Of a DNA stretch of 64,000 bases, positions 1-13,000 are shown in pieces. The notes beneath the pieces are model-generated. The model worked only from the letters and a program-made list of their open reading frames with translations. It was not told the DNA's origin and searched no databases. Both the position numbers and the translations under genes were made by a program. Origin of the DNA: Leidyana gryllorum EB-2025a (lineage: Eukaryota > Protista > Apicomplexa); contig JBLWGC010000041.1 in NCBI GenBank assembly GCA_048772705.1, forward strand, positions 101,360-165,359, read 5' to 3'. The stretch's first letter is position 1. Each line of letters opens with the position of its first letter.

Positions 1-350
1 AGTGCCGGTGGCCGGTCCACTTGGAGACAGATACAGAGACGAGGAGCGAATGGGCCCGGGAGGACATCATAGGTGACAAAACGAAAGTCGGTATATATGG
101 CGACCGAGTGCTGCCAGCAGGCCTCATAAGAGCCGCTCAGACATTTGGGATTGAGCTTCGCCACATACAGATTTCTAACACTAATTCGTATTTGATCGAC
201 CAACGTCGGGGATATCGGCCTATCGAGCCGTGCGACCTCTGCATCGTTGTAGGGACGCCAGGCGCCTCGTTTGATCGACTGGAGGAGAGGCTCAAAGGTT
301 CGCAGGAGCTCAATACGATAGTCATTCTTTCTCGCACTGTGAACCAATAA
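1..350 (+). CDS. 3' end of a hypothetical protein (5' part outside window)
   Basis: Open frame from the window edge to TAA at 350; no recognisable motif. Confidence 0.45.
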   Translation, partial: CRWPVHLETDTETRSEWAREDIIGDKTKVGIYGDRVLPAGLIRAAQTFGIELRHIQISNTNSYLIDQRRGYRPIEPCDLCIVVGTPGASFDRLEERLKGSQELNTIVILSRTVNQ

Positions 351-463
351 TCAAGTCGCCGCGACCGCTGTTACCGTACGTGTTCATATTTGGGCGCGCG
401 GGTCTTCTCAGAGTGTGTTGTCAGCCCATTAGTCGAGACATGGAAAAAACCTTTGATGAAGAA

Positions 464-2562
464 CTACAACTCATCATGCCTGCGAAGGCCATTGAGATAT
501 AACACCAACATTACAGAGTCTACCCTGCGAAGTGGGTCGTCAGGAACGACGAAATCGCCTCCACACTCCTCTCGCCGTCATAAACGATTGGCATACTCGA
601 TCTGCAGCCGTGAAGGACACGCCAAACATGATTGCCACCTACCGCTTGTCAATTATCACAATCATTGGTAATCCCTCAATGTTGAGGGTACCCATACGGC
701 CTGACGCCGTCAGCAGGGGTGGGAACGTATTGCTCTCCACATTCAGCGCCGCGAAAGTCAAACTCGCACTGCTGAACCGTTCAGCTACTGCAGTGTACAG
801 AGGTGTGACCTTGTAGCAGTGAGCACACCTGAGGCGCGCAATCGAACGAGATCTAACCACCACAAACTCACCAATTGGCATACAGATAGACCACAAGTGA
901 GGGGGCCTTCGGGTCGTTCAACAGATCGTTGAGCCCATAGCTGCTCAGGTGCTGCCGACCAGGAATGTCCCGCTGTGCTGAACACGCACGCACACTCACC
1001 ACAATGGCACCGTCAGGTTTGGCTTTGACGGAATCCGACGGCAGCAAATTCGGTCGCAAATCATCCCGCATCGCGCCTTTGTTGAGGAAAGAAGAAGGTG
1101 TGAAGGCCACAATCCGTGTGTGTTTGCGGGACTCACGCTCAGCGAATGACTTGAGCTTTGCGCTGCTGGCCTCCATCCAGTTGCTTTCTTTGAATTCGTA
1201 TCCCACTCGCGACTCTGTTAGAGTTGGAGAGAACCACGTTCTCTCAGTCGAGGTGTCTGGTGCCGTGGCGACAGCGTATCGAGGGATCAAAGTTGGGAGC
1301 GGTTTGTAGAGGATGAGACGGGGCGGGAGGCTCATTCGCATGAGATCGGTCGCATTCTGATCAATAATTTGACTCAACGAGAGCCAATCCAGCAGTCTTC
1401 TTTCGAATGGAGTCGAAGCTCCCATTTCGGCTACAATCAGACCCAAACTTCGCAGAGGTTTCAGCTGTAGAACAAAGGGACGGGCGATATGTGGTGATCC
1501 CTCCTTCGGATTTGTGACACTCACCTTCTCGCGGGCCTCACTCAACGCAGCGTCGTCAATGTTCTCTGGGTAGATGGCCAGTAAGACGGGTTTCATTCCT
1601 CCCAGCACCTGTTGATGAATGTGGGTTACTCGCGCTTCTCTCTCATTCATGAGACTTACGCCTTGGGCATTGCTTTTATCGAGGCGGAGGGGAGATTTTT
1701 CTTGTAGTATTGTGGCATAGGAGGGTATGTCGGTTGCCACTTTGAGCTCCCAGTGGGTCCAGCCGGCTCCCAGCCTGTTTCTGTACAGGAGAGAACAGGT
1801 TGAGGGGGCGCCCCCGATGACTTTAGCGCAATGATTGGTGCGAGCTATCGGGAATTCATAAGCAGTTTTGGCCAAATCTACCAGGGTGGGTTGGTCGTTG
1901 CAATTGCACAGCAAACCCAATTCTGAGGCGAATTGCATCAGATCTTTGAGCTCCGACTCAGTCTGGATTTCCACCGCCTCGGGCTGGCTTTTATCTTGCC
2001 TGCAAGCTACTGCCATGAGACGGAGACCTGATAGCCTACTGGAGCGTCCACAGATAAACATTCGGGGCCTGCAGCTCGCCGGTGAAGATCTCCGGTTCCT
2101 GTTCTTCTCTGAGAGAGGGGCGGGCACACACATACTTTGGGTGTAGCGCGTTCCAACAGCTTACACATCGAGATAGAGGGTTGTGGGCACCCAGTCAATT
2201 CCCCATTGATCCAATACTTCGGGATACTTTGCGGCATCAATGGTGACGAATCGTGGAGCTCGGTCGCCGTGTGTATGGTTATAGTACTCTGCAACCCGAT
2301 CGAGTTCGTTCAGATACTTTCTGCAGGGCGAGCACCAGTCGGCTTGGACCACAAGGAGTGTGGACTGGGAAACCGAGGATAAGTCGGCAGGTGATATACT
2401 ATGCACGAGTTCCGAGTGTTGTGGCAAAGAGTCAGAAGAACGAGCAGCGTAACGCCTATTGCGGGAAAAGCCCCATATCGGGGTACTCGGAGCATTCCAA
2501 TTGGGAGTGTTAGCCAGGGAGAACACTATGCCCAGCAGGCATGCTGCAAGTGCCCTGGACAT
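464..2562 (-). CDS. Protein disulfide isomerase-family ER protein (two thioredoxin domains, HDEL)
   Basis: Signal peptide MSRALAACLLGIVFSLA and a first Trx motif QADWCSPC. Splicing four short GT-AG introns gives a second motif YANWCAHC, then YDGERSVEAISSFL and a C-terminal AGHDEL* (stop 464-466). Confidence 0.85.
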
Positions 2563-2581
2563 TTTTTTTCTCGACTACACA

Positions 2582-3187
2582 ATGCTTCCCACTCTGCGGA
2601 TGCTATCCAAGAGTCAATCATCAACATGGCTTGCTAGAAGTGCTGTGCCCATGCTGTGGTCGACTCGTACTAATCATATAAATGTCCCGAGGCGATGGAA
2701 CGGGAGCAGCGGAGGTGACTGTGAGAACGGCGGAAGCCAGCCGTCTTTTAAGGAAGCTCCCAACACCACCACCACACCAGCTAGCGAGAGTCTGTTGAAG
2801 GGGAGGACGATACCCTTGGAGAGGAAGGAGTACGCTGATTTGCCTTCAACTCGATATGATGCTATTGGGGTGCTGTCGGATCTGATCGGCAACCATCCAG
2901 TGGTATTGTTTATGAAGGGGACTCCGGACGCTCCCAAGTGTGGCCACAGTCGGAAAGCCACCGAGGCAATCGCAAGGACGGGGCTGAAGCATTATATCGT
3001 GGTGGATGTACTCGCAAGTCCCGTTATCAGAAGTACATTGAAAGAGCTAGCTGGATGCAAAACAGTGCCACAACTCTTTGTAAAGGGCCAATTCGTTGGC
3101 GATGCATCGAAAGTGGTCGAAATGCAAGAGTCTGGAGAGCTCCTGGATCTGTTCGCAAGTTGCGCCGCCGACACACACACGGAGTGA
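2582..3187 (+). CDS. GRX5: Monothiol glutaredoxin (Grx5-like), probably mitochondrial
   Basis: VVLFMKGTPDAPKCGHS and TVPQLFVKGQFVG motifs; Arg/Ser-rich N-terminal presequence. Confidence 0.85.
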   Translation: MLPTLRMLSKSQSSTWLARSAVPMLWSTRTNHINVPRRWNGSSGGDCENGGSQPSFKEAPNTTTTPASESLLKGRTIPLERKEYADLPSTRYDAIGVLSDLIGNHPVVLFMKGTPDAPKCGHSRKATEAIARTGLKHYIVVDVLASPVIRSTLKELAGCKTVPQLFVKGQFVGDASKVVEMQESGELLDLFASCAADTHTE

Positions 3188-3257
3188 GAGGCGTTTTGAG
3201 CATTGTTTTTTGTGACTTCAAAACACATTCATCTCTCCTTCCGCGCTCCACCCAAAG

Positions 3258-3635
3258 ATGTCTGGAATCACTGTTCACGCTGATGTCATCTCTGAGTGGA
3301 ACCAGATGAAGCTCAAGCATGCTTACAACTACTTGACCTTCAAGGTACAAGACCAGAAGGAGATTGTTGTCGACAAGAAGGGCAAGGGATCTTTCAACGA
3401 GTTCAAGAGCACTTGTCTGGAGGCCAACCAATGCCGCTACGCTGTCGTCGAAGTGCCCAACACCCCGAAAATTGTTTTCATTATGTGGACCCCCGACTCG
3501 GCCGGAGTCAAGGATAAGATGATCTACGCATCCAGCCGCCAGGCTATTTTGGAAAAGTTGGCGGGTCACGCTAAAGCTATTCAAGCCTCTGATCACTCAG
3601 ACATCGACGAGAACAAGGTTCGTGCTGCTCTTTAG
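3258..3635 (+). CDS. ADF: Actin-depolymerizing factor / cofilin
   Basis: MSGITV start, CRYAVV, KIVFIMWTPDSAGVKDKMIYASS and IQASD motifs. Confidence 0.95.
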   Translation: MSGITVHADVISEWNQMKLKHAYNYLTFKVQDQKEIVVDKKGKGSFNEFKSTCLEANQCRYAVVEVPNTPKIVFIMWTPDSAGVKDKMIYASSRQAILEKLAGHAKAIQASDHSDIDENKVRAAL

Positions 3636-3764
3636 AGAAAGTGTTGCTACAAAGTGATTGTTCGTGATTAAGGTCCTTTCTTGTGAATCACAGGGGGGAG
3701 TGCAATCCATAAGCACCTTCATGCAACATGTAACAAAAGTTGAAAGTTCAAAATAAAGGTCTCT

Positions 3765-4674
3765 CTAAGCAGTTGCGTTCAGCAACTCCTCAGTCTCTTC
3801 CATGTTGTGCTGAGGGGTCTCAGCATTCGGGCCGGTCAGTCCCTCCTTCTCGCCCGGAAGAGTGTGCCAGCCCTTGCGGTAGACGCACAGCCAGATAAAG
3901 ACGAAAATGGCAAACCAGAATCTAAGAGCAGTGCTGCTGTATCCCTGGTAGTGGGGTCTGATGTCGTAGTCTTCGCCTAGAGCGAGGTAGTACTTGCTGG
4001 CTGCATATCTATGCCACCACAATTGAAGCAGGACGTCGGCGTGGAGCTCAACCAGAGAGATCGGAGCCAGGAAAAGGAGAATGATAACGTCTATGACGAC
4101 AATCGCGCGGTAGTGAGTTCTGATGCTGCCGAGAAGGCCGTTTTTCGCGAAGAGGGTGGAGAGCTGCGATATGGAAAATGGTGAATTCAGACTGTTGAGT
4201 GTTGAATCTCACCCTGGCCAGGAGGCTGCAACCCAGGAGACAGGTGGTCACGATAGCTAAAATGAAAAGTGTTTTGGTCGATTTGATCGAGTCGGAAAGG
4301 TTGAGGCAGAGAGACTTGTCAGCACCATCTCCTTCACAGATGGTGTCCTGGAACCTGGTGTTTTTCCGAACACGTGTGCCAATGGTACAGCAAAATCTGA
4401 GTACTCACTCTTGGAACGATCCCAAGGGAAGGTAGGTACCATCGGTGGGCCACGCTTCCTTGGGATAGGCCTTGAAGCCTCTGCCGACGGTCGCGAGGGT
4501 GACAGGGTTGAAGCTGCCCACACCCTCTGCGTTTTTTATTCCAGCGGGCCAGAAGAGCTGTGTGGCTAAGGGCAGCCAGAACTCTATGAAACTGAGGGCG
4601 AAGATTAGCGTTTCGATGCAAATGAAGGCAATCTGGGCCCGTTTGTGGATACGAGTGTCGCTAGTATCGGACAT
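3765..4674 (-). CDS. Multi-exon hypothetical membrane protein
   Basis: ATG at 4674 after AAAA; hydrophobic segments in first and last exons; GTGAGT...CAG introns. Confidence 0.55.
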
Positions 4675-4737
4675 TTTCGTTCTCGGTTGCACGCAGTCGT
4701 ACTAGGTGCATGCACATGAAGTGTCTACTTGGATGAG

Positions 4738-6234
4738 CTAAGCACCAGTCTTCGCCATCAAATCACGTGTATTCACATAGATCTGTTTGAAGATGTGGTG
4801 TTGCTTGTTGTACATCTCCCGTACTTCAGGAACCGGTTCCTGGATACTTCCGACTCGGTTCCACCCCTCGATATCTTCGAGGCTGCATGTCTTGGTGGCG
4901 AGCGCGGCCAAAAATCCATCACCGAACGAAGCGCCGGTCATTTTCTCGCGAACAACCTGAGGGTATCCGCTAATGTCCGACACTGCCCGAATCCAGATCG
5001 GGTTCTTCGTACCCCCGCCAACAGCGACCATTTTGCGGGGAGGAATGCCGGCTTCTTCAAAGGTCTCGATGGCGTGTCGAACGCCATGTGCAATTCCCTC
5101 TATTCCAGCTCGATAAATATCAGCTCGAGTATGCGTAAGGTCCAATCCAAAAATGACACCCTTCGCAAGTGGGTCGTGGATGGGTGTTCGTTCGCCAGAA
5201 AAATAGGGTAGCATTAATAGACCTCTTGCTCCGGGTGGGGATTGCATTCCCTCTCGACACATTTGCACTATAACTTCATCGGGGCTCTTGTCGCGGAATA
5301 TCTCTCTTCCCATCCACCGAGTCAGTGTACCGCTGGTAGCCAGACCAGCTTGTGACACATGTAATCCTTTGAAGAGCCACGGCGCATACCAAAGTCTAGA
5401 GTCTCGGACAATGTTCTCAGTCACTTGAATAATAAAAATAGTTGATCCATACATCATCATCAGATCTCCAGGACTGACCACTCCCACACTTAAGGCTTCG
5501 GCAGCAGCATCAATCGTTCCACATACCACTGGAGTACCCTCAGCGAGCCCAGTTTCAATAGAAGCAATCCGGTTAACATGTCCAACAATCTCACTGCTCC
5601 ACGTCAAACGAGGGAGGTATTCAGGTTTTATAATTCCATCACAATGCTCTTCATTCCAGCATTGTCTCACAGGGTCATACAGTGGAGTGTACCCCGCTGC
5701 AGTGAAGTGATCCATCACGTACTCTCCAGTAAGCTTATGCACGATATATGATGTCGCACTCAGGACCATTCGGGTCTTCGCATACAGATCAGGCCGTTGA
5801 CGCTTCAACCATAAAATCTTCGGCCCAACCGACTGACTTGTCAATCCAGAATTGCATGTTTCCAACAAGTAGTCAACACCATACTTGGATAAAAGTATCT
5901 CAATCTCGCGATGAGCTCGAGTATCCACTCCATACAACACACCATTAGTCAAAGGCTTTCCTTCTTCATTGAGAGGCAGCATACAGGGGCCAATGGCACT
6001 CGTACAAATGGCTCCAATCTCTCTTGGATCACAGTTGAACTCGTTCAATAGCTTCCGTACAATGTCTTTCACGTCACCCCACCACACACCCTCAGGGTCG
6101 TGCTCCGCCCATCCACTTTGCGGAACCAACATTTCATGAGGTTTGGAGGCGGTGGCTAGCAATATACCTTTGCTATCCACAAGCACCCCCTTCGATTCGA
6201 AAGTACCAACATCAACACCAATAAAAAATACCAT
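4738..6234 (-). CDS. FGGY-family carbohydrate kinase (xylulokinase-like), intronless, bacterial-like
   Basis: IGVDVGT, PQSGWAEHDP, GTIDAAAEA, LPYFSGERTP and AVGGGTKN motifs; start taken at MVFFIG. Confidence 0.93.
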   Translation of the reverse strand: MVFFIGVDVGTFESKGVLVDSKGILLATASKPHEMLVPQSGWAEHDPEGVWWGDVKDIVRKLLNEFNCDPREIGAICTSAIGPCMLPLNEEGKPLTNGVLYGVDTRAHREIEILLSKYGVDYLLETCNSGLTSQSVGPKILWLKRQRPDLYAKTRMVLSATSYIVHKLTGEYVMDHFTAAGYTPLYDPVRQCWNEEHCDGIIKPEYLPRLTWSSEIVGHVNRIASIETGLAEGTPVVCGTIDAAAEALSVGVVSPGDLMMMYGSTIFIIQVTENIVRDSRLWYAPWLFKGLHVSQAGLATSGTLTRWMGREIFRDKSPDEVIVQMCREGMQSPPGARGLLMLPYFSGERTPIHDPLAKGVIFGLDLTHTRADIYRAGIEGIAHGVRHAIETFEEAGIPPRKMVAVGGGTKNPIWIRAVSDISGYPQVVREKMTGASFGDGFLAALATKTCSLEDIEGWNRVGSIQEPVPEVREMYNKQHHIFKQIYVNTRDLMAKTGA

Positions 6235-6629
6235 GATCACTGCAATGCAACACCAATAAACAGGAAGGAGTAGATCACTGCAATCACGGTCAACAGCAAA
6301 TTCAATAAGTCTAGTACACGCCAAAAATCCGACCTTTCTTCGTCATCATGTGTGCGCCGATCGAACGCGTGCGTCACCCCCCTGTGCTATCATGGCCACC
6401 CCGTTTGTACCATTCGGCAAAGTGTGTTGTTGATTTAGCGATCTAATGTTCATGCGATTCGATGTGGTCAGGTCGCATCTGTCTTGCTTTCTGGCTGAAC
6501 ACGCATCTGAGGGTCGTCTTTCCCGAGACACCGTACCGTAGTAATCTAGCAACTAGCTGCCGTAGGCGTAAGGAAGTATGAGCCAGTGTCCTGTCGTCAG
6601 TTCGCCACTTGCTCGGTGTTGCGTGCAAA

Positions 6630-6977
6630 TCATGCAACCTGAGCTTTCATCTCTTGGAAGGCATCGAACTCTCTCAGCACCATGTCTTTCAAGCTTCCCA
6701 TGAACTGCTTTGCCCTTTCAGGGTACTCCGCAAAAATCGACGCCAACGTCGCTTGAGCTTGCTCCAACCGGTCCTTCATCTCATCTTCCACCTCCTCCAC
6801 CGAACGGCAATGAAAGTACTCAGCTAGTTCCTCTTGATGGTCGAAAAACTCTGCCATGATGTCCGTAGCCTCACTCACGTGTCCCTTTTTCAGCTCCCCT
6901 TTCGCCCGCTTCAATGAATCCGCATACATCGTTTGGACTTGAGCTGACACAGTAGGATCAGGAGCAACCATATTCAC
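6630..6977 (-). CDS. Hypothetical charged helical protein (5' end unresolved)
   Basis: 115-aa ORF with protein-like E/K/A-rich composition; frame stays open upstream. Confidence 0.45.
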   Translation of the reverse strand: MNMVAPDPTVSAQVQTMYADSLKRAKGELKKGHVSEATDIMAEFFDHQEELAEYFHCRSVEEVEDEMKDRLEQAQATLASIFAEYPERAKQFMGSLKDMVLREFDAFQEMKAQVA

Positions 6978-7021
6978 TTTGCGACTCCAAAAGGGTCTCT
7001 CTCCAAAAAGTACTGCCCTGT

Positions 7022-10000
7022 GTGTGCGCCCAAACCCATACCCTCACCCTCTCAGGAGACCCAGCTACTTTTCTACACCACTCTCGGTTTCCATGTTTAG
7101 ACTCCAAAATAAACCTCCCTTTTACACCCCAGCACGCCCTACAGGGCCGCTGGATTAGTCAGCCACGGTACACTCGACCGTCCTCCACTACCACCACCTC
7201 AGACAAACAGCAAACCACAACATTATGGGCCCCTCTCCAGAACTTGGCCACCTCCACATCCATACCCCTTGAGCCCTCCTTAGGAGTGGCAATCGTCTCC
7301 GATCAGTATGATCAAGGATGCCCCGCCTGCCCTGGCCGCCATATAACGGCTGCGATCTTTGTGCCCCCTCATCTTGCCCCCCACCGATATAGATATGGTA
7401 TAACCATTCTCGGACTGTCTGACGGCACCCTGGTCGGCCTCATCTGCGGAGAACCTTCACATGGGATCTCGGAGACCTTTGTCTCCTCAGCACCACACAC
7501 GTGTGCTATCACTCAACTTCAAGTCGTTGCATCCGATAGACGAGAATTAGCTTCCACGTCTCCTTATCTTGTGATAGCTTTCCAACCTGAATCGGGAAGT
7601 TTCACCTTTTGGAGTCTGGATGACGGCCGCTGTGTCTTGTGGGCACACCAGATTCTACCCTACACTGTGGATCTGTTCGCATCCTTTCTATCACCCTTCC
7701 TTCCGTCTGACGATACATGCCCATACCAAGGAAGATTTCTGGCTGTTGCTGGAGGACCTCAAGTGCATGTGATTGACTGGAGCTCGAGAACCATCGCTGC
7801 CTGGTTACGATGGGATACTCATGTCATGGGGACGAAAAAACTCAGCCGGCGCAAAGCGTCCCAGTTCGTTGTTACTTCAATCGTGTCTGCGCTTCATGGA
7901 GAACAAGCCCTGGTTGTCGTGTTACTAAGGCATCAGGAGGTCTGTCTATGGGACGTCACAACTCAGCTGGATCGTCGCCGAGCCGAGACTGAAGTGCTGG
8001 GTGCATCACAAGCCCCTCCTGCCGTTATACCCGCTGCCAAGGATGGTCTAGATCCACTGGAAGTATATCCCACTGCGCGATGGAAGGCTGAGGACTTGCC
8101 AGGTTCCGAGGGAATCAGCCATACGTTCTCTGTCTTTGCGCGCCGATTGTCTCATCCGTTCGAGCAGCCTGTGAAGGGTCCGCTTCTGGCAGTAGAGTTG
8201 TGCTTACCGCATCTGTGTGTTCTCCACAGCAACGGTGTAGCCATTCTGGCATTCGATGGTGTTTCGCTTAAGCTTCGTCATAATGTGCTGGTTGAGAATG
8301 GGCCAGGCAAGGCTCCCCAGATGGTTCGCAGTCGAGCACAGGAGGTTTTAGTGAGGTGCTCGAGCGGGCGAAGAGTGTCTTACATTGATGTGTCGGGTGT
8401 GGTGACGAATGTGGAGTTGCACTCGAAGCTACCTGCACTGCACCGGCCACTATGCGTTATCCCCCGCGAGCCACAAGAGGATGCAATGTCTCATTCTCCC
8501 GAGATGAGGCGGTCGACGAGCTTGTTGGCCGACATTACCAGTCGCGTAGTTAAACAACATAGTCTGCACAGTCCTCCACATCCGATGGGTGCAAAGCGGA
8601 CGCGACTTGATATGATCACGTGTGACGACTCAGGTCGCCGCGTACAATGGATATCACTGGAGCAAGAACGATCGCCGCGGTCATTCGGTCCGCCGGCAAT
8701 CTTATTTCAACCACGAGAAGCCTCGCGTATATACTCGTATCCCCTGGGGAAATGGCGAGTGCGGGACGGAGCACTGGTTTCACCCCCACGCCCACCTGTG
8801 ATTGAGGATTTGTTCATGAAACACCAACACTCGGAGAGCGGTGGGAAGCGCAAGAACAGGATACGATCCGTGATGGCCCCAATTGACGTTGATGGGAGGA
8901 TTCAAGTAGCGTACTGGACTCCTCACCGATTGATTGTGTGGGGGTGGGCTCCAACCGTTCTGTACGACGGCGGGCTCAATCCCCCATCGTCTCCGGATGA
9001 TGACCATATCAGTCCCGAGAGAAAAGTGGTTCCAGCATCCCAAACCTCAGTGATGCACCTGTCTGCTCCGCCAGACGGCACGAAGAACTCGTCTGATGCG
9101 GTCTCCTCGTCCCCTGCGAACTCGATGGGGCACAAGGAAGAGAATGACGCGTCTGAGCGAGGGAAGACCGATGTTGTGTTTATTGGAAGAGACCAGAACG
9201 CCCGTCGCAGAGCGTGTCGGCAGACGGTCGACTTTGATCCCAGTGACTCACCCCCACCAAAGCCTCCGGAGCCGAGTGTGAAGATTGTAATGAATCGGAT
9301 GAATGGAAGTCAGCGGGATTCTCTGCCGAATTTGAATACTGAGACCACACTTAGTTCCGACAATAACGGGGACAGACGGCGTTCCGGAGTCATATTCACT
9401 AAGCAACTCTACCCGGTGAATTCCAGTATGTTGGAGAGATTGAAGCCGGGCAGAAGTAAGAAGTGGAGATCATTTGGAAGAATAGTCGAACGAGGGTTGG
9501 ACACTGAACTCTCAATTGTGCATTGGGCAACAACAGATCTGATTGTATGTGGCACCACGCGAGGTTCCTTGTTGTTTTTACGCCCCTCGGATGGTTCACT
9601 GTTGGGATACAAGACTGGTGTGACTCCTGACAAGATTTGTTCTATCACATCCTGCTGCGTTCTGTTGCCTGTTGAGAATTCTTCGACTCCGACTTCAAGT
9701 TTGACTGTGGATGCGAGTAAGATTTTAGTGGTGGACGAGGCAGGCTTTCAAGCTTTGGTATGCTTTGTTCCTAATGATGTGGGTCGCGCTGCAGAGAGAA
9801 GGAGATCGAGTCCTTCGAGGGAGAATGCTCTATCTGATGTGGACGACGGAGACGCCGCCAACTCGTGTGATTCCGTTTCGGATGATGATGACTGTTCAAC
9901 AGCCGATATGAGTGACGACCAATTTACTCTATCGGAACCGTTTGTATATATAGGGTGTCCCGGGGGTGCCTATGAGCCCAACACAGCCGGAGAAGCGGCG

Positions 10001-13000
10001 GCTGCGCTTGAAATCAGCGAAGGGTCGAGAGCTCTGAAGGTGGGCAGTGTCGAGATGACTCTCGGGAGACTCAAGGCGCCCAAACATCGTCAAAAGATGC
10101 TGCACCATGTCGCTGTGTTTCCATTGGAAACGTTACCGGTGAAGGATCGACACTCGCCACATGGGGTTGTATGGACGCCTCGATGGAGCAAATTGAGTGT
10201 GATTGATCATGAGGGCAATATCGCGTCCTATGGTCTTCCGAGTGGATCTGTAGAGAGGACGCAGTCTGCGGCGTCCTTATCTCTCCTACGGAAGAGATGG
10301 GCGGCACAATCATACACTCTTAACCGCAGTCGAGATTGGATCGGAACGTTCAATGAAGTCGGTCTCGACTGGCCCACCCTTCACGTGTCTTTTGCGGAAG
10401 TCGGTAGGCCACAGGAGTACTGTCACGCTCTCAACTCGGCGTCGGCAATCACTGGATGCGGTCACGTCTTGGGTAACTGGAGATTGCTGGGGTCATCAGG
10501 CGACTGGATTTTGCATCCAGCCTATATGAAGCTGATGACTCCGGATCAGCCACTTCGCCTGAGTCTCGAGACGAGCAAACAGGTGGCGGCCGCGTTGTCG
10601 CTGGCCTTTCCGTGGGGTGCATTACATCACCAAGAGACACTGGGTGTGGTCAGTTTGGACGATGAGCGTGACACAGTGCGAGAGGTGTTGGCTGACAGTG
10701 CTGTTCTGAAACACCTGCCTCTCATGCTGGCCACTCTGGGCGCGGGGTACTCGATGGCCCTCAATCCCTTACAGACCTCTCATGGCCAATTTGGAGGGCC
10801 CGGACTGTATGGGACTTGTCTCCAATCTATGAGTGCGGATTCGGTGTACGCGCTACAAGCTCTCCCTCTGATGGCCAAGAAGCCCACTGACAATGATAAG
10901 ATTATGATCGAGTTGGGCAAAAAGGTCCGTCAAAGTTTGATGAGACACCTCTTTCACAAGATGCGCGACTTCCAGTCCCAGTTGGCCAATCCACTGTTCC
11001 TGGCAGCCACCCTGTGTGGCCACGGTCTCTCTCTGGGGGTACGGGAGACCGCTCATTACTACTTGAGACATTTAGCGTTGCGTATGATGCGCCCGTTGAA
11101 ACAGGCCACCTCCTCGTACGACTGCTCTTTGGAGCTGACGAGTCTTTACTCCGCCTTAACTTTAGTCATCCGGATGGTACAGCTATGTGCTCAAGCGAGC
11201 CCGGAAGATGACCTCCACTTGGGCTCGAGACAAAGCCGAGCGTCAACCGAAACCCTCCGGCGGGACTCAGATCCACCGTCTGTCACTACCCGAAGCCCGG
11301 CCGCTTTTGGTCAAGGCAGTGTCGACCCCAAACGTCGGGATAAGAAGGCGATCACTCGACTTCCGAACGGTCAGCGCCCGTTGCCCACGACAGCGGACAA
11401 TCTTAGAGCACCGATTAATGCGGCAACCACGACTGAGCGATACTTCCCTCCATTGTCAGAACCCCATACGACAAAGGCAGTGTGCGCCGTCAAGGCTCAG
11501 GATCTTATATGTACTCCCACGGTAAGACAACGTGTGTTGTGTGAGCGATTTTACACTCTCCATCGATCGGCAGATGTCGCCTTGGGAAGTGGGTCTGGTG
11601 GTATTCTGGGCTATGATGGTCGCATGGAGAAGCGATGCCAGTGTTCGATTAGACAACACGCGGCCCGGTATCAACGACAATCCCGTTGGCTTGGAGGAGG
11701 TACACTTAGCACATTACAAAGTATTGAAGAGGATAGTTGAGGGAATGTTAGAGGAGCACGAGACGCTGGCTGCTGAATGTCTCGTTCGTGCACTCAGCCA
11801 TCCCCTTTCGATTTGTCGCGATTCCATTGGCTTGACGGGCGATCTTGCCTTGGCACATCGCCACTCCTCCCGCAAGTCCACCAATATGCCCCCCACAATG
11901 ACTCGACATACCGACACGGTCGCTCAGCAGCTCGGATTGGAGAAGCGAATGAGAGTTTTGGGTATTCGGCGCGCCGAAGTCCAGGCTGTGAGCCGTGATG
12001 GGGTTCTGGGTGCCAAAGTGTTGCTCATGATGGAGTTTTTTACTGCTCATCCACTCCACTGGCGTGGATTACTATTGACTCACTCCGCGTGGCTGTCTTT
12101 GGGACGGCCGACGACGCAATTCACGCGAACGGTTTGCGCGCTGGAGGAGTCTTTGAGCGGCCATCAAACCAATGCGGGTACAGATCAACCAACACCCGCC
12201 TTGCGGCATCAAGACAGTCTGTCTGGAGTCATCAGCACTATGCGTGACCGGAATATAAGAGAGCTGAGCAGTGCGATTCTCGGCATTGTTACGTCCTATG
12301 CCACAGAGACTTCCTTCTCGAGCTTCTGTGCTAATGTATTCTACCAATGGTTGATCTTGGATCCAAAACATACCCTGGCGGCGATTGCCAAAGCCATCGA
12401 GTGAGTCGTTGAGAAAAAAATCGAGGATCACTCTCATTCAATGTGACCCGCGCAGCATTCACGATATACCGGTTACAATGCCTCTCGCTGCTCTGCGAGC
12501 TATGGGGCATATGGTGACAAAGTAAGTGTGTGTCTTGGGAGCACCGAACGTCATTCTGCTGCAATGATCAGTGACCCTCAACTGGGATATCGGTTCGCCA
12601 GACTTATGATTGAGTTGGTGGTGTTGAGATTAGTCGATCCAACTGTGATACGTTTGAAGTAAGTGTCGCCCCTCAAGTCCCATAATTGTGCTCAGGCGAG
12701 AAAGCGTACGGGGAGTGACAGGTTTCGTTTACGAACTCATTCGAGCGGTTCCGGCAGTGGCATTGCATCGAGAGACCCAACGATTAGCGGTCGGATGCTC
12801 CCACGCTATATATGTATATCAGTTGAAGACAGCAATGCTATTCAGGAACTTCACCAGTCTCAGAGGAAAAGTCCGAGCGGTGGCCTTCGTGGAAGATGGG
12901 ACAAAGCTGTTGTCCTTCACGCCTACGGAGGCTCACGTCAAAGTGTGGCCTTTAGATCGGCAGACGAGTGGAACATCCGTCCTGTCGACCTTTGGAGGCG

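Noticed and set aside
390-816. Plus-strand ORFs of 93-94 aa
   Set aside because: The region is explained by the spliced 3' exons of the minus-strand PDI.
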